This document shows, one piece after another, positions 62,152 through 64,000 of a stretch of 64,000 nucleotides of DNA. The notes beneath the pieces were generated by a model. That model was not told the origin of the DNA. It made no database searches and saw only the letters and a list, made by a program, of their open reading frames with translations. This DNA is from the human T2T-CHM13v2.0 reference genome, Homo sapiens: NCBI RefSeq assembly GCF_009914755.1, contig NC_060946.1. One strand, written 5' to 3'. The position numbers and the translations under genes are program-made. Position 1 is the first letter of the stretch. The number at the start of each line of letters is the position of its first letter.

Positions 62152-62649
62152 ACGCACAAATTTGCAGATCTGTATGACTCCCAGTGTAATTGGGCCAATA
62201 GGCACAGGACCAGACCACAGGGAAACAGGCACAATCACAGAATGCCAGGTGCCACACCAAGGAAATTTGGCCTGTGAACGCCCAGAGGAGGTAGCAACTA
62301 ATTCTGCGCCCCAAGCCCTCCCACATCCCTCTCCCCCTCTGCGATCAGCGAACGCTTTTTGCTTTTGGCTCTGAGTTTTGAAGGAAGGGTATTCCAGGTA
62401 GAAGGGACAACATGCCCAAAGGTCTTGAGATAGTAAATGCTCCTTCAGAGGTGGCTCATGCTTGACACTTTGGGGCATTTGCCCACTTAGGGCTGTGGGA
62501 GCTGTGTCCTGAGACAGACCCCATGCTTTTCATAGCCGGAGCATTCTCAATCCCCATGTCGGAGGTGAAGGAGCTGAGGCCCTGCTAAGTAGGAATGAGA
62601 ATCCAGAGGCTCCTCGCCGGGCTGCCTCTCAGTCAGTAAGAAAGCCAAG

Positions 62650-63480
<831 letters not shown>

Positions 63481-63771
63481 GGATCTGGTAATGAGGTGGA
63501 TGGTGCTGTACAGGACGCTGTTCAGGGCAGGGGAGAGGGTTCCGAGGGAGTCCCAGAGCCCGATGTCCCGGGACAGGGTACTGGAACTAAGTTGTGTTTG
63601 TGGATATTGGGCTGGGGTCCCAGGTGCTCTGAGGTGGGGTGAGGAGTCCAGAGAGTCCTGGAGCCGTGTCAGGGGTCCTCACTTGCAGGATGATTGGTGT
63701 TATCTTAGAAGATGATGGATCTTAGCAGTTGAGAGGTGATACCTAACTTCCGTGGCAGCTCTCCTGCTTAG

Positions 63772-63900
<129 letters not shown>

Positions 63901-64000
63901 TGAGTGAGTCTCAGCATCAGTGTTTGGACCAGGTAGGGAGAAGTACTGTGGTCAGGGACTGGGCCTGTCCAGCTCCATTACTGTCCTTTCAGATGCTAGC

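Overview
Human (primate) genomic DNA, identifiable from its protein sequences as the chr22q11.21 interval CRKL - AIFM3 - LZTR1, with all three genes on the + strand. Positions 1 to about 34450 hold the 3' part of CRKL: the end of intron 1, exon 2 (14511-14976), intron 2, and exon 3 (CDS 30416-30550) with a 3'UTR of about 3.9 kb. An Alu-dense intergenic stretch follows, with a CpG island lacking any coding gene (about 37850-38950). Next is the complete AIFM3 gene. I reconstructed its 20 coding exons by GT-AG and phase checks; they sum to 1818 nt (605 aa + stop) and encode a Rieske [2Fe-2S] domain fused to an FAD/NADH oxidoreductase. The LZTR1 promoter and coding exons 1-2 lie about 0.9 kb further on. 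Most ORFs in the supplied track are Alu or GC-rich artefacts. This is a well-studied locus and I see no new protein-coding gene. The best leads are regulatory: (1) CRKL exon 2 sits between oppositely oriented Alu clusters, and its circle would encode a 169-aa SH3N-only protein with a junction-specific tail; (2) the AIFM3 leader has nested uORFs, including a 120-aa overlapping ORF; (3) AIFM3 has an acylation-type N-terminus on a self-contained electron-transfer chain; (4) AIFM3 has a 21-nt microexon with an SRRM4-type signature; (5) a promoter-like GC-box array lies inside AIFM3 intron 17, upstream of LZTR1. Exon coordinates were counted by hand; repeat boundaries and subfamilies are approximate.
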